Part shown: piece after piece, positions 26,391-39,782 of the stretch
Position numbering within the stretch: position 1 is the first letter of the stretch
Layout of the letters: each line of letters opens with the position of its first letter
Assembly: GCF_000485595.1 (NCBI RefSeq)
Contig: NW_014577061.1
Coordinates: 720,728-784,727, forward strand
Reading direction: 5' to 3'
From: Priapulus caudatus
Taxonomy: Eukaryota
DNA length: 64,000 nt
Notes under the pieces: generated by a model
Database searches by the model: none
What the model was told of the DNA's origin: nothing
What the model saw: the letters and a program-made list of their open reading frames with translations, nothing else
Program-made: the position numbers and the translations under genes

Positions 26391-26795
26391 TGATGACGAT
26401 GCAGCCATGTGCCGCTGACGCCCGTCTGTAGCGTGAACGACGACGACTACGATGATGGTAATGACGATGCAACCACGCGCAGCTGACACCGGCCTTTAGC
26501 ATGCATGACGATGACGATGATAATGATAATAATGATGATGATGATGATGATGATGACGATAACGATGACGATGCAGCCACGCGCAGATGACGCCCGTGTT
26601 TATCGTTGTTGACGATGATGATAATGATGATGATGATGATAATGATAATGATGATGATGACGATGATAATGACGATGAAGCCACGCGCAGCCGACGCCGC
26701 GTTTAGCGTGGATAACGACGACGACGACGACGACGATGACGACGACGACGACGACGACGATGATGACGATAATGCAGCCACACGCAGCCGACGTC
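26322..26795. repeat. Compound array: five ~25-38 bp conserved units separated by variable (GAC/GAT/AAT)n tracts
   Basis: GATGCAGCCACGCGCAGCTGACGCC-like units at ~26398, 26467, 26570, 26675 and 26771. Confidence 0.8.
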
Positions 26796-27259
26796 TGCGC
26801 TGATTCCCGTCTCGTGCCGTCGCAGACATAGAGAGACGTGTGGGCGGTTCGGCGCGGCGCCGCACCTATCTCGTGTCTTAATGTTTACCGACTGACAGCA
26901 GCAGTGTAAACAACGGCCCTGCTCACGCGAGCAATCACACCTGCTTCTGATAAGCTCGCACTCACATGTTCACACCTCTCCTCCGAGCCATCGGCGGGCA
27001 GCCGTCGACAGCACCCGTGTGCGCGAGAAACTATTAGTGTTAGTCCCTACGAGATAACCATCGACTATTACCTGCTACCAAGCCGTGGACGCTTCATTTC
27101 CGGCGGCAATGCCGTCAACATCGAAAAGCTTCTAGTGGCGATATAACTGTATAGGAGGAATAAGATCGTGAAACTTCGCAAAACAAAACAACTTAACCTA
27201 AATCGCCTGACGACAAAAGGCACTTACCATCACAGCCGTGCCTCAGAACCTTCCCAAGT

Positions 27260-27591
27260 AAGAGAAAGAGAAAGAGAGAGAGCGCGCGAGCGAGAGAGGG
27301 GGAGAGCGAGTGAGTGAGAGAGCGAGAGCGATAGAGAGAGAGAGAGCGAGAGAGGGGGAGAGCGAATGAGTGAGAGAGCGAGAGCGATAGAGAGAGAGAG
27401 AGCGAGAGAGGGAGAGAGCGAATGAGTGAGAGAGCGAGAGCGATAGAGAGAGAGAGAGAGAGAGAGAGATGAAGAGAGAGAGAGTGAGAGAGCGAGAGAG
27501 AGCGAGTAGAAAGAGCGAGAGAGAGATAGAGGCGAGCGATCTAGAGAGAGAGCGAGAGCGAGAGAGAAAGAGAGAGCGCGCGCGCGAGCGA

Positions 27592-27664
<73 letters not shown>

Positions 27665-27860
27665 CGCGCGCAAGCGATAGCGAGAGTGAAAGAGAGAGAG
27701 AGAGAGAGAGAGAGACGAGAGCGAAAAATAAAAGGAGAGCAAGAGAGAGATATAAAATGGAAGACAGTGAGATAAAAGGAGAGGAGCAGAGCGATATAAA
27801 AAGTGGGAGAGAAAGAGAAAGAAAGAAAGAAAGAAAGAAAGAGAGAGCGAGAGAAAGGGA
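27260..27860. repeat. (GA)n-rich microsatellite complex
   Basis: Direct inspection. Similar GA/CT tracts lie at ~8430-8540, 32390-32735, 47430-48090, 52670-52740 and 55512-55551. Confidence 0.95.
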
Positions 27861-28374
27861 AACTTGATCGATGTCGCAATCAATGTCTTGCCCAAACATC
27901 GCCCATGTAGAGGCTAAACGACGACCATTCAGGGGGCAGGGCACCGCCGCAATCCTGCAATTTAGTCGGTTCCTGTTAGAGGCCAGAGACGTCCAACCCG
28001 TTATTTACCCATCAACGGGCCGAGCGGGCTGCCATTACCACGGTCAATATCGCGACATTTATCCGCTTATTGACCGACTGGTCACTGGTAAGACCGCCGT
28101 CGCGGCATGAGAAACTCAGGCAGTCTCCACGCACAGCAACCACGCATGCGACTAATTCGCAGGAAGAAATCCATCCACGCTATAACGTTCGCGCGACCGT
28201 TTGAATTCGGTTCGTCGCTGGGCCGACGAGAAACGCCGTGAGCCGAGCGGAGCGCGTGCAGCGCGCGATCACATGCATAAGACGAACGCCGGACGCCATG
28301 CGATTCGGAGATAAACGAGCGAAAACCTATGCGGCCGCTCACCCCGGATTTACAACAACGAAATCTGCCATCTA

Positions 28375-29310
28375 TAATACCCCCTTCCCATACACGGATT
28401 TTTCTTACGAGTCCATACGGATCGCCAACTCGTAGTCAATCGCAAGCATCCGTAAATAACTCGCTGGTATCCGTAAATAACTCGTCACAACTCGCAGACA
28501 CTCGTAAGGATCCGTGAAAGGAGAGGCAAATTTTTTGACATGTCAAAAATCTTCTTACGAGTGTCCACGGATTGATTTTTTCCGTAAATAACTCGTAACA
28601 ATCCGTAAGTATCGTAAACCGCTCGCAACAACACGTAACCATCCGTAAACTGCTCGCAATAATCCGTAAATGACTCGTAACAATTGTACGATTGTAACGG
28701 ATTGTTACGAGTTATTACGAGCACTTTACCGATTTGGGAAAGGCTGCAAAATCGAACACGTCATTTTCAGTTGTTATCAAGAAGTCAGAGAAGTCACATC
28801 TGTGCATATCTACTCTACAATATCTACAAGCATGGCTCCAAAGAAGAAGGCAGTCAACAAGTTGATGATAGATTGAGATTTGCAGGATTTTTATATACTT
28901 TTTGCCAAAAAATCGCAAGGACTCGTAAATACTCGTAACTAACTCGTACCTATTCGTAACAACACGTAAACAGGTCGTAACTAACACGTAAAAGCTTCGA
29001 TGAATCGTAACATTCCGTAATATATCCGTAACAATGCGTAAAAAGCTCGTAAAAATGCCCGTAGGTGCTCGTAGTTATCCGTGACAACTCTTAACAAATC
29101 GTGGAATTTTGCCGTAAATACATCGTAATAAATCGTAATAATCCGAAATAAACCGTAAATAGCTCGTAATAACATGTAAATCGCTCGTAAACGTGGCCAA
29201 ATCGTAAGGATCCGTGTACTTTTACGGATTTGTGCGATCGGTAAGAACTCGTAAGAAGGTAAGAAGGTAAGGACTCGTAAGAAAAATCCGTGTATGGGAA
29301 GGGGGTATTA
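28375..29310. mobile_element. PIF/Harbinger-like non-autonomous element (~930 bp)
   Basis: ~40 bp perfect terminal inversion TAATACCCCCTTCCCATACACGGATTTTTCTTACGAGTCC with TWA ends. The interior has dozens of CGTAA motifs and the palindrome TTTTTGACATGTCAAAAA. Confidence 0.8.
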
Positions 29311-30744
29311 TCAGAGGGACACCAAAATCGTGACGTCATCGGCGGATCGATGCCGACAAAGTCGGTGCCGCCGATTCTCATATGTAGCAGCGACCCAATT
29401 CAGATAATCATCTAGAACGAATTCTCAATCAATACGAAAGCAATTTCATGCAGGGTCAGCGCTTCACTCGCTGACGTGTCAACGTTAAACGAGTTTGCGC
29501 GAACTAACCCCAACCTCGGTTTTCTATCACGTAAGAGAGGGAAACTGCTCGGGGATTGAATTATAACTAGCCTCCGGGGTTAGCAAAACACGCCAACATG
29601 GCCGTCAGTAGCGGCTGCGGTGACTGACATGCAATGAACGTGTATTTCATTGCAGTTTTGTAACCAGCGCGAATTCGATACGAGTGATAATTTGGATAAA
29701 AGGATACCACATAAACAACTTGGTGTGACATTGCACTTGATTGCATCCATTCCGTGCAGGTACGGTCAATGATTCGATAGTGCACGCGAGGTAGTAGGGT
29801 ATCAGTAAGCAGTAACGGAGCAGTTACTGTAGAACGCAATCGTCGAGTATTTAAGCATGTAAAGGGGGATCTGAAATACGTCATTAGATGTAACCAGAAC
29901 TGATGTAACGCATTCGAAACCCATTCTAACCAGTTAGCACGGTCGTCCTTACCTACGAATTATTCAACTCGTGAATTCTTCGAAGTCGCCACATTTACAT
30001 CGAAATAGCGAAATCAGCAGCTGTAGACAGCAGAGATTTTGCCATCACTTCACCTAATTTCTCTAGGGAGCGTGTTTTACGAGAACCACGTATACCTAGT
30101 CGTTCGTAGCTCTACGAATTCGTAAAGCACGGGGGAATGCGAGAGAGCTTCGCGCCATGTCTGGGAATTTCAATCCCATGCAGACATTACAGAATGAGGA
30201 AACCGCGTGGGAACATATGACGAATGTATTGAACTAGGTAGCTGACTGCTGTACATCGCACACCATCTCTCTGATAGAAATCCCAGCTCCGACCAACACT
30301 CACTACATGAGTGTGTCACACGCAGCAAGTACGTCATCCTCTATATAATTTAGCACTGCCAGTGCGACGACAACACACATTACACATAGTTCAGCAACAA
30401 TCGCTAATTACGGCCGCAAGCTAGCAATTTACTGGGCCTGCGATTGCATCGCGAGTTCTGCGTATGATACATCTCTGGGCTCGGGACAAGGCTAGTTCGT
30501 TCATTCTCTCATTGAGGACACATGCGGGAATCGTCGCAAAAGCAAGCTCGACAACAAGTAGTTGCAATTAACATGCTATTAACTACCGGACGTGCTTCCT
30601 TACAAAATCGCGCGTTTAGTGAGTTGACGGATTTCAGCGTCTTACACGCCTTCAGCGTCTTTCAGCGTCATTCAGCGTCTTTCAGCGTCACGTCTTTCAG
30701 CGTCTTACGCCACACACAATCGCACCCAGCCAGCATCATCAGCC

Positions 30745-31063
30745 CAAGCGCGTAGCCAGGGGGGCCTGGGGCCCTAGGACCCCCCCCAGTCAAAATAAAA
30801 ATCCAAGAAAAAAAAATTTCTCTATTTTCTTTTTCTCTTAAAAGCGCGTAGCTGGCCTAAGTCTGGCCTCGTTAAAAAAATTACAATTACAATTTTAATT
30901 ATCAGATAGGCCTTATATATTTTTTAGTATTGTCAACAAAACAGCGTCTAAATTGATTTTAAAGCACTACTTTTACATTTAACTCGAAAAAAAATTTTCA
31001 GACCACCAGACCCTTGTTACTCGCTCGAGGACCCCCCAATCCAAATTCCTGGCTACGCCCTTG
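30745..31063. mobile_element. hAT-family MITE (319 bp) with an 8-bp TSD
   Basis: TIRs CAAGCGCGTAGCCAGG / CCTGGCTACGCCCTTG. TSD CATCAGCC at 30737-30744 and 31064-31071. Confidence 0.85.
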
Positions 31064-32450
31064 CATCAGCCATCCCTCTCAACCGCTGAACCACTCTCAA
31101 ACCCGCGCATAACTGCACATTGTTTGTCGTGGTTTCCTCTGCGCCCACGTGTAGGCTCTGGGGATCTGAAATCAATCTTGCTGCGCACGCCGTATGAACG
31201 GCAGCTGAGTGCACACTGCTCTGACTGTTGTTTCAAAACTAGAATTCTACTACAGTTCCTTAGAAACAAGCGAGTTTAAATTCCTTTGCGCAAGTACGTC
31301 CATTAAAATCTTCTTAAGGAAAACACATCTACAATAGTCTAAAAGAGAGGAGACTAAATTCACACTTAGTCCGAACAGATATTACAGTGCTTTAAAAACC
31401 ATAGGATTTGCATAGCGTCATCTCTTCCAGTTGATCCATGGTACGCATATCTTAGGCGCATAAATCCATAAAAAAATATATAACGTCAGTCAACGTGTTT
31501 TAAACGAGACAAAAGAGAGCACTTCCTATTGATTACTTTGAGGAGGCGGGAGCTAGAACGTCTATGAGCGAATGTCTCTTTATACACGACCGCCCTGACC
31601 AGGCTCTCCATACAGGAACGTATTTTCATTACGAAGTAATGAGCGATTTCTATCGAAGAGATTAGCCAGCATCCGGGCTGATATGCCCACTAGTCTGACT
31701 CAGCATCTCCCATCTATCATGCTACAGGAGAGGGCAATATCCTTGGATCGGCTTATGTGACAACTGTGGCAAATCTATGCACGCGCGTACATGCGTGCAA
31801 GCATCGAAGCACGCAATCAGCTCGAGACCAACCGCAGCACGTCGGCACTTTCACCTACTGCACGACAGAAATTGTGATGTTCCAAGGTGAACGATAGTCA
31901 TTGCAAGCGATGTGAACCATGTAGAAATGTGAAACCATGGAAAGCAATTATGTGAAGCTATTTTAAGCAGTATTTGGTATCAACTTGTAATTAAAATTTT
32001 GTGCAGGCATTGTATGCGATCATTGTACACTAAAGTCTGCGGCAGGTTTAAACTGCGACGTACACATAATATTATTTTAACCAACTTTAGGTCAATACCA
32101 ATTAAGGCAATTTTTGGCCTGTACCATGCATCTGAAGATAAACGGTACGCAAACCACGTCAAACGCGCAGAGTAAAACTATCATGACTATATGGGGTTAT
32201 TTTCTAGCAAACACACCCCCGTTTCAACAAAATGTAACAGGATCTCTCCGGGTGATAAACGAAATATACGAGTGTAACAGACAAACACTTTATCAACACC
32301 CAATAGCATAACCATAGCATAAGCACACAATAATCTTTCATTGCAACGTCACTACACAAGAACAAGGAAACAAGAGCGAAGGAGGGGTGAGATAGAGAGC
32401 GAGCAAGAGAGAGAGAGAGAAGGAGAAAGAGAAATAGAGAGCGCGCGCGC

Positions 32451-32495
<45 letters not shown>

Positions 32496-33100
32496 AGAGA
32501 GAGAGCACGCGCGCGCGCGAGAGAGAAAGAGAGAGAGAGAGATTGAGAGAGACCAACAGACAGAAAGAGATACGCACGCATGCACGCACGCACGCAAGCA
32601 CGCGAACACACACATTCATACACAGTGAGAGAAACAGACAGATAGACAAAGAGAGAGAGAGAGAGAGAGGGGGAGAGGCGGAGAGAGAGAGAGAGAGAGA
32701 GAGAGAGGACGAGAGAGAGAGAGAGATAGAGATACCTTGCCGAGCAGCAATCTGTGATCAGTTGCGCCCATGCACGCCCGTATATATAGCATGATCTATC
32801 GCTTGTAGTACAGACTGCCAGCGTATTTCTATAAATGAGGAATATCCGCAATGTCCCTGGCCTGCACTCATGACCATCGGCTGACTTCACATGATGCATT
32901 GCAGCCGTCGAAGCCGCGACTGCTCGCCCAGTGATCCTTCTCGCGCCTATATATTCACTTATTGAGCCGCTGCAGAGGTCGTTATCACCGCATCCCCCTG
33001 ACATTTCGCTCTCAAACATGATTCCTACTGCCATATACGACTTCGCGTTTGTTTTCACGCTTCTTGTTGCCGTATATGCACGGACTACCTCTAAAGTCTA

Positions 33101-33590
33101 CGTTTTGCATATTTTTCAACTTGTAAATATTCTATCAATATGTGAATAAATATATTCAAACTTTACCTTGTTTTCGTCTATGATTCCCCCTTAATCATAT
33201 GACACCACCAATTTACCTGAAAATCGTAAGTGTTCTTCAAAAAAGTTCTTTGAATACGACACGGTTTCGCACAGTTTTCACGAATGGACGCATGTTTTCG
33301 GCCAGAGCTTGATATGCGGCGGCAGCACCAGGTTGTAACCAAGATACAAGATAGAGACAATAGAACACTAATCCCATAATAAACTTTGGCCGAAAACATG
33401 CGTCCATTTGTGAAAACTGTTTGAAACCGTGTCGTATTCAAAGAACTTTTTTGAAGAACACATACGATTTTCAGGTAAATTGGTGGTGTCATATGATTAC
33501 GGGAGAATCATAGACGAAAACAAGGTAAAGTTTGAATATATTTATTCTCATATTGATAGAATATTTACAAGTTGAAAACTATGCAAAACG
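33101..33590. mobile_element. Foldback/MITE with ~205 bp inverted repeats and an ~80 bp spacer
   Basis: CGTTTTGCATATTTTTCAACTTG...CATGTTTTCGGCCA is mirrored by TGGCCGAAAACATG...CAAGTTGAAAACTATGCAAAACG with few mismatches. Confidence 0.8.
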
Positions 33591-33887
33591 CTGTTAAAAC
33601 GGTGTCATACTCTTCTCCTATTATGTTCTCTTGGTAGTATGTATGTACGTATGCACGTATGTATGTATTCCACATTTGCACAGCGGTCTGGGAGACCGCA
33701 TATTGTGAAAGGCTCTCACGGTGGCTCTTGGCATTATTGGTGTTTAGTTGCCTCAGTGCTAATCAGTACAAGATTTGCTGCTGGCAGATGTGCACATCAA
33801 CCATGTCTGGCTGGCACGTCGCTGCGGGTAATGCGGACAGACTAGTGACGACGTGCCACACTGTCCATTCGGGGCGCAGTAAATAGA

Positions 33888-34394
33888 GCCGGTGTAGTGG
33901 GACATACACCCCCCTCCATGGCAAACGTTCCCCCTATACATTGCGCATGGGCATTAAGTGCGAATTCGCATGGGGATCTGACATTTAAGAATTTTGCACA
34001 GGGGAGAGATAGTGATCCGCTAGGGGGACGGCTCTGATTGGCTAATTTTGTCTCTTATTTATTTTATTTTTTATTATTTTTGGCTAATTTTGTTTTATTT
34101 TAGAATTAGAGATAGGGTTAGGGTTAGGATTAGGGTTATGGTTAGGGTTAACTGATTTCTATATTCACTATCTCTCCCCTGAGACCTAGTAGACATTTAA
34201 AGGTCAAATGCCCACGGACATGCGCAGTCCGTTCTATACATTGCGCATGGGCAGTAACTGCACATTCGCACGAGAATATAACCTTTATTAAAGGTATGCA
34301 AATAACCATGCGCATTCACCCTGCTTGACACGCGCATGCCCATGGGACGGTGGGACGGTTGACATATGGGGAATGCCTGCCACGCTACACCGGC
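33888..34394. mobile_element. Short-TIR element with internal TTAGGG repeats
   Basis: GCCGGTGTAG ... CTACACCGGC termini, an internal direct repeat CTATACATTGCGCATGGGCA (twice), and a GGGTTA block at ~34113-34150. Confidence 0.55.
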
Positions 34395-34711
34395 ACTTAG
34401 CGCGTTTTTAACGAGTTTTTAAATTTTTAACGATCGTAACTAAACACCGTGGTGGAAAAAAGCCCGGCGATGGCTGAAAAAGTTAATTTGTGACGCCAAG
34501 AGTGAAATAACCAACTCACACAGTATAGTGAACACGCAGACTGGCAAACAGATCTAATAGGTAAATAGGCAGGTAGGTAGGCAGGTAGACAAGCAGGTAG
34601 GCCGTTCGTCTAGCAAACAGGCAGAGAGTCAGCCAGGCAGGCAGGCAGGCATACAAACAAAAGCACAAGCAGACAACCAGGCCAAAAGACAGGCAATGTC
34701 AGGCAGGCAGT

Positions 34712-34882
34712 CAGTCGGAGTCGGAGTCAAGTCGCCGAGTTGGAGAAATAGAACCTGTTCTATTTCTCCAACTCGGCCCGACTCCGACTCCAACACAATC
34801 GAATTTCAGCCGATTGTGTTGGAATGCACTTGAAATCGGTACGATTTGCTGACAAAAATCGATAGTGTAAACGCAGCATAAT
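34712..34882. mobile_element. Remnant of a Harbinger-like MITE with an internal palindrome
   Basis: Hairpin GCCGAGTTGGAGAAATAGAAC-CT-GTTCTATTTCTCCAACTCGGC (~34732-34777) flanked by AGTCGG/CCGACT repeats. It ends in GTGTAAACGCAGCATAA. Confidence 0.5.
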
Positions 34883-35119
34883 TACAGGCACACAGGAAAG
34901 CACCCATGCAGGCAGCGCAGACGGTCACACGAGCATTGCCGCAGGCAGGCTGACAGCTACGGGGTATCAGCGTCGACGCTGGACTGCGCAACAGACTCTG
35001 CCTTCCGCTGGGAGCGTCGTCGCGATTTCACACGCGCGCAGCTTCCAATTTGCGATATCAAAGCCCAGCGTGCGTCGGCGGCGCGTGTCGCCCGTGAATA
35101 AATGATGAACGCGACAGTA

Positions 35120-35418
35120 GCGAGAGTCTGTCACTGACGGCTGCGTCAGCACGCCGTGACGGTACCGTGCGTTTGTCACTGACGGCTGCGTCAGCACGCA
35201 GTGACGGTACCGCGCGTCTGTCACTGACGGCTGCGTCAGCACGCCGTGACGGTACCGCGCGTCTGCCGCTAACGGCTGCGTCGGCACGCCGTGACGGTAC
35301 CGCGCGTCTGTCATTGATGGCTGCGTCAGCACGCCGTGACGGTACCGCGCGTCTGTCACCGATGGCTGCGTCGGCACGCCGTGACGGTACCGCGCGTCTG
35401 TCACTGACGGCTGCGTCG
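35120..35418. repeat. 45-bp minisatellite, ~6.5 copies, internally palindromic
   Basis: Unit GTCTGTCACTGACGGCTGCGTCAGCACGCCGTGACGGTACCGCGC. Confidence 0.95.
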
Positions 35419-35514
35419 GGTTATGACGCACATCGATCCCACATGTGATGCGCATCTTAGTCTAGCGCGGCGTGGTGACTGACTACAGGTGGCGTTCTAG
35501 CGATGGTAGAGTAA

Positions 35515-35938
35515 AGCTGTGGACACACTACGCGATTTTTCATGCGGTCGAGCCGGCCGGCTAACCTGGCGTCCTGACCTGACCTGTCCTGACCTGTCCT
35601 GACCTGACAGCCGGCGGTCGCCTCGGCCGGTTGAGTCGGGCGACTCTGTGGACAGCACTGGACACACTACGCGACTGAGCCGGGCGACTCTGTGGATCAT
35701 GTGACAACAAATTGTGATTTGATTGGCTGATGAATTGTACAATCGGCCGACTCAATCGCAGACCCGGGCACACTAGGCGATTGTAGCCGCGCGACTCAAA
35801 TAATTATCAAACATGTTTGATTCGGGCGACTCAGCCGGCAGGCTCGAAAATCGACCGCGACTGCGACCGCGACACTGGACACACTAGGCGATTTTTCATG
35901 CGACCGAGCCGGCCGGCTCACTTAGTGTGTCCACCCCT
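35515..35938. mobile_element. PIF/Harbinger-like MITE (424 bp) with a TAA TSD
   Basis: TIRs AGCTGTGGACACACTA / TAGTGTGTCCACCCCT with TAA on both sides (35512-35514, 35939-35941). Internal GACACACTA(G/C)GCGA repeats. An empty-site copy of the host repeat is present at ~54597-54790. Confidence 0.85.
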
Positions 35939-38183
35939 TAAGATAGTAGAAGGTGGGCAAGGAGCGAGAGCTGCGGGGGTGCCGCGTCTTCATGCACGCC
36001 TACTTATTGCCGCCGGTTAACAGTGATTACTTATAAGAGAAACACACTTCTGTATAAGTGCGTGAAGATGGCGTGCGTGCGTTTACAGGCCTGCATACGT
36101 GTCTTTGTGCGTGCGCTTATGCGCGCGTGCGGACGCACGGTCGGGCGGACGAATGGTCATGGGCGGTCGTGCGTGTATGTTTGCGTGGATATATGTGTGG
36201 GTGTGTTTGCGTGCAGTGGCTATAGAACTGAAACCCTGCGCACCGCGTAAAAATAGGAAGAGAAGTCGCGCGTGACATCCGATTGCCATATATATCCGAG
36301 CATCAAGGCATCATGGCGCGATGCATTAGTATAATGTTTCAAAGAGTTCGCGCCGGGAAACAAAACTCCTTCCGATTCGCGGATGATCGTGTGCTGCTTG
36401 CAAGAACTTGCGAACGCGAGTTGACGGGGTGAGAGGCGTGTAAAATATAGAGAAGGGAGCAAGAAAAAAACAAGGATGCAGACATGGGATGAGGGGGGGA
36501 ATGATATATACAGAATATATATATGGGATATATATGGGCGAATCGAGTGCGAAAGAGTATACATGCATACACGGGATATGAGATGGAGACAGGCGCATAG
36601 ATAGGATATTATGAGAAGTAAAAATTAGTACGAGGGTGAATGAGAGAACGCAAGCACGTAGAAGATCCTTTACAACTAATACCCGACATCGCTTGAAAAA
36701 GTTCAGCGCCGAACGAAGAGGGCTTTCTGTCACGGAGGCGTTTACAAAAAGCAGCTGACACTGCGTGAAGCCATATCAAAGTCGCTGAAGCTCGCTGGTG
36801 CACGCAGGTCGGTCCCTAACATTAACCCTAGCACCTGCTCCGAACAAATCCAGCTTCGAAAACAGATCGGACGAAAAGCCGTTTATCATGGAAAGCATCT
36901 CAGATATTTGCTGCATGGAATACACGGAGAAACTATACTCGCTCGGCTTTACGGTTAGGAATCTTCGCCCACGGTTGTAAAAACAGAAACGACAAGTTAC
37001 GCCCCTCGCCCCCCTTAATGCCGGCGTTCACATATATCATCAATGGGAAACATTATTAGTCTTAAACATTAAATCTTAGCAGCACGGCCCGGGCCGTGCA
37101 AGCAGCCAGCATTGTTTTTTCCCCTTTAAAGCCAGGGTTTCGAAAATAATTTACAACCAGTCTCGTATTTTCTCCACTTTTACGATACATACCGTTATTA
37201 CTTGAGTAACAGCGACTGTCTAGAGTAACGCTAACATGTCTTAGAACCTTCGTACCTACGTAGCTATATTCACGAAAACATGCACGATTAGAATTTCGAT
37301 CGCTCGTTTTGATTTCCGCCGCCATTTCTTGCGAATCTCGGACATCCGGCCAATTTAAAAATAGAAACGGTGTAAACTACACAGAATCAGATGTCCGTTT
37401 GTTTGAATTAGGTGCACTATGGGTGCACTTGTTTTGAGGCGCCATTTGCAAATTAATGGTCGCTATAATTAAATATGCCATGGTGTTACGGCGTGCTCAA
37501 TTCCAATTTTCTATGCTATAACACCATAAATTCTTATTAGTGCTTTTTAAGTTGGTGTAATCAGTCATATATCCGCTATTAGGCGAGTATATATTTCGCC
37601 ATTTTTTTCAGATTGTGCGTTTTTGAGCAATGACGTAGAAATAAACTCTACGGGCAGCATTAATCGAGAAGAGTTAGACCACGCAGCGCTGATATCATAC
37701 ATTCGTTTGTGTAATAGACACAGCAAGGAATCGCGCGACGTTGAATTGCAGCACGGCCATTTTGTCGCCACAGTCAAAGCTGGCGATAACTACCTTGGCT
37801 CTTACGGCGTTATTGGTCTGTCGGCAAGACCCCGACGGCGGCCATGACTTCCTGTTTTCCAAACTGAAAACCGATGAAGCCGTGCTAGGCTGCCTGCCTC
37901 CCTGCCTGCACAGTGTCTCTGGATAATCTTTGCACCACGTGCAGCTAAAGCTTTAGCAGGCCATCGCTCCTCACAACACAAAGCCATGTCTGGCGGCCAC
38001 CATCTGGCAAACAGCACAGAGAATCGCACTGTACGCGCATCCTGACACACACGCCCGTGCGGGCCCAAGCACATGCGCGCATTCATTTACATACGCGAGC
38101 GTACACCTAATTTCATTACAACCAGATTAATGGATTAATTGTCCATTAATTAAAACCTGCATCAAACCTAGCCGCGCGCATAT

Positions 38184-38214
<31 letters not shown>

Positions 38215-39143
38215 ATAATTATATATATATATATATACTACCTACCTANNNNNNNNNNNNNNNNNNNNNNNNNNNNNNNNNNNNNNNTATACCCTAGCGC
38301 AGTTATCGGCGAGCTTTCTTCAAAGTAACGTTACGCAAGCCGATGGTTAGAAAAGCTAGCGATTTTCGCGGCGTGCATGTAGTCTACCGGCTTGTTTCGC
38401 AACTTGTCTTTTTTTGTGTGCTATAGTTTAAGCGTAGCATGGCGGGAGGAGGTTGACACATCGACGGTGGTTGCCAGACCATTATGCTGCCGCATAAGAG
38501 CGGGAGCGAGAGGCACAAATAAACAGTGCTGCAGGCAACAGCCTTAGAGATAACAAACAACTGGAGAAATCTCAATACTAAATTATGTTTTCCTGTCACG
38601 GGACGCGGAAAAAAATGGTAACATTATACCCAACACCGCCACACACAGCCGGCGAGCTGTCGGCAATATTTTACGGGTTTTTAATTTTCGTTATCTGTTC
38701 TCTGTTATGGGGACTGACCAGAGGGATCAGCGCGCCTGGATACTGCGTGTTTACAGCTGCGATTGAGCATGCAATAACACCCAGAGTGAAAGTCAACAAA
38801 TCTCAGCACGCCTCGGGCAACAAAGTCTATCGGCGAAAATACGCGAATTAAACTGGACCTGCTGCAGCATCCTGGCCCCTCACATTAATTACCGCTTAGC
38901 TGAAGCTGGTACCATCCTCCCCCACGTTCACGGCCCGCCGTGCGACAACCCGCACATCGCGCTAGCAGATTAAACATCCTGTTCACACTGTAAACCGTGT
39001 ATGCACAGAATCTTGATTTGTGCGACATTAAAGCTTGATTTTATAAACACTTCTCTAGGTTTCCGAGAACCCATTTAGCAGAGCACGCACACAGCAACAG
39101 CTTGTTCCTCTCACAAAAGAAGTTAACGGCAACAGCAGCGCGA

Positions 39144-39256
39144 ACTACGTCCATGCAAACTACGTAAGTGCGGCTAAGTCCATGCAAACTACGTTAGTGC
39201 AGCTACGTCCATGCAAACTACGTAAGTGCGGCTAAGTCCATGCAAACTACGTCCAT
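39144..39256. repeat. 29-bp tandem repeat, ~3.5 copies
   Basis: Unit GTCCATGCAAACTACGTAAGTGCGGCTAA. Confidence 0.85.
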
Positions 39257-39782
39257 GTTCAATGAACATAACGACGTAATAAACTTTATTACAGTCGATA
39301 CTATACATTTCACTCTGGCGTAGGTTTCCAGTACCACAGCTCAAGATGAAGATTGTTTTCCACTCACAATGACTAGTCCACCGACCTCTTGCAAGTATGT
39401 TGTCGAGCTATAATTTCGGTATTCAATAAAAGTCAAAAGTAGCTAATGAAAAGGCACGGCCTCACTACTGGATGAACTGGTGTAGACAGCCTGTCCTTAG
39501 TATAGGATAGATGATGGCATCTGGGTCGTCGTGGGGTTCCTGGCGTTAACAGCATGAATGTGAAGTTTGTTTTCTACAAAAATCATTCTGGTAGCGGTAA
39601 CGATTAATCATAGCTGGGTTCTGGCGACGTGGCGTTGTTCGCTGTGGTGATTAGGACATTCTGTCGTGGACAATGACCCGGGTCTCTAAGGACAGTCGCA
39701 CTGCTTGCGCATTATCAGCTCATCCGCTGGCTCTCTTCATTAACTACTTTTACATTTACTGTATACTATTTTTACGTTTATT

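Noticed and set aside
15658..32794. Many long ORFs (poly-CV, TH, SL, ER, D, S)
   Set aside because: They derive from di- and trinucleotide microsatellites or N-gaps.
35120..35418. CRISPR-like palindromic repeat array
   Set aside because: Units are head-to-tail with no unique spacers, there are no cas genes, and the context is eukaryotic.
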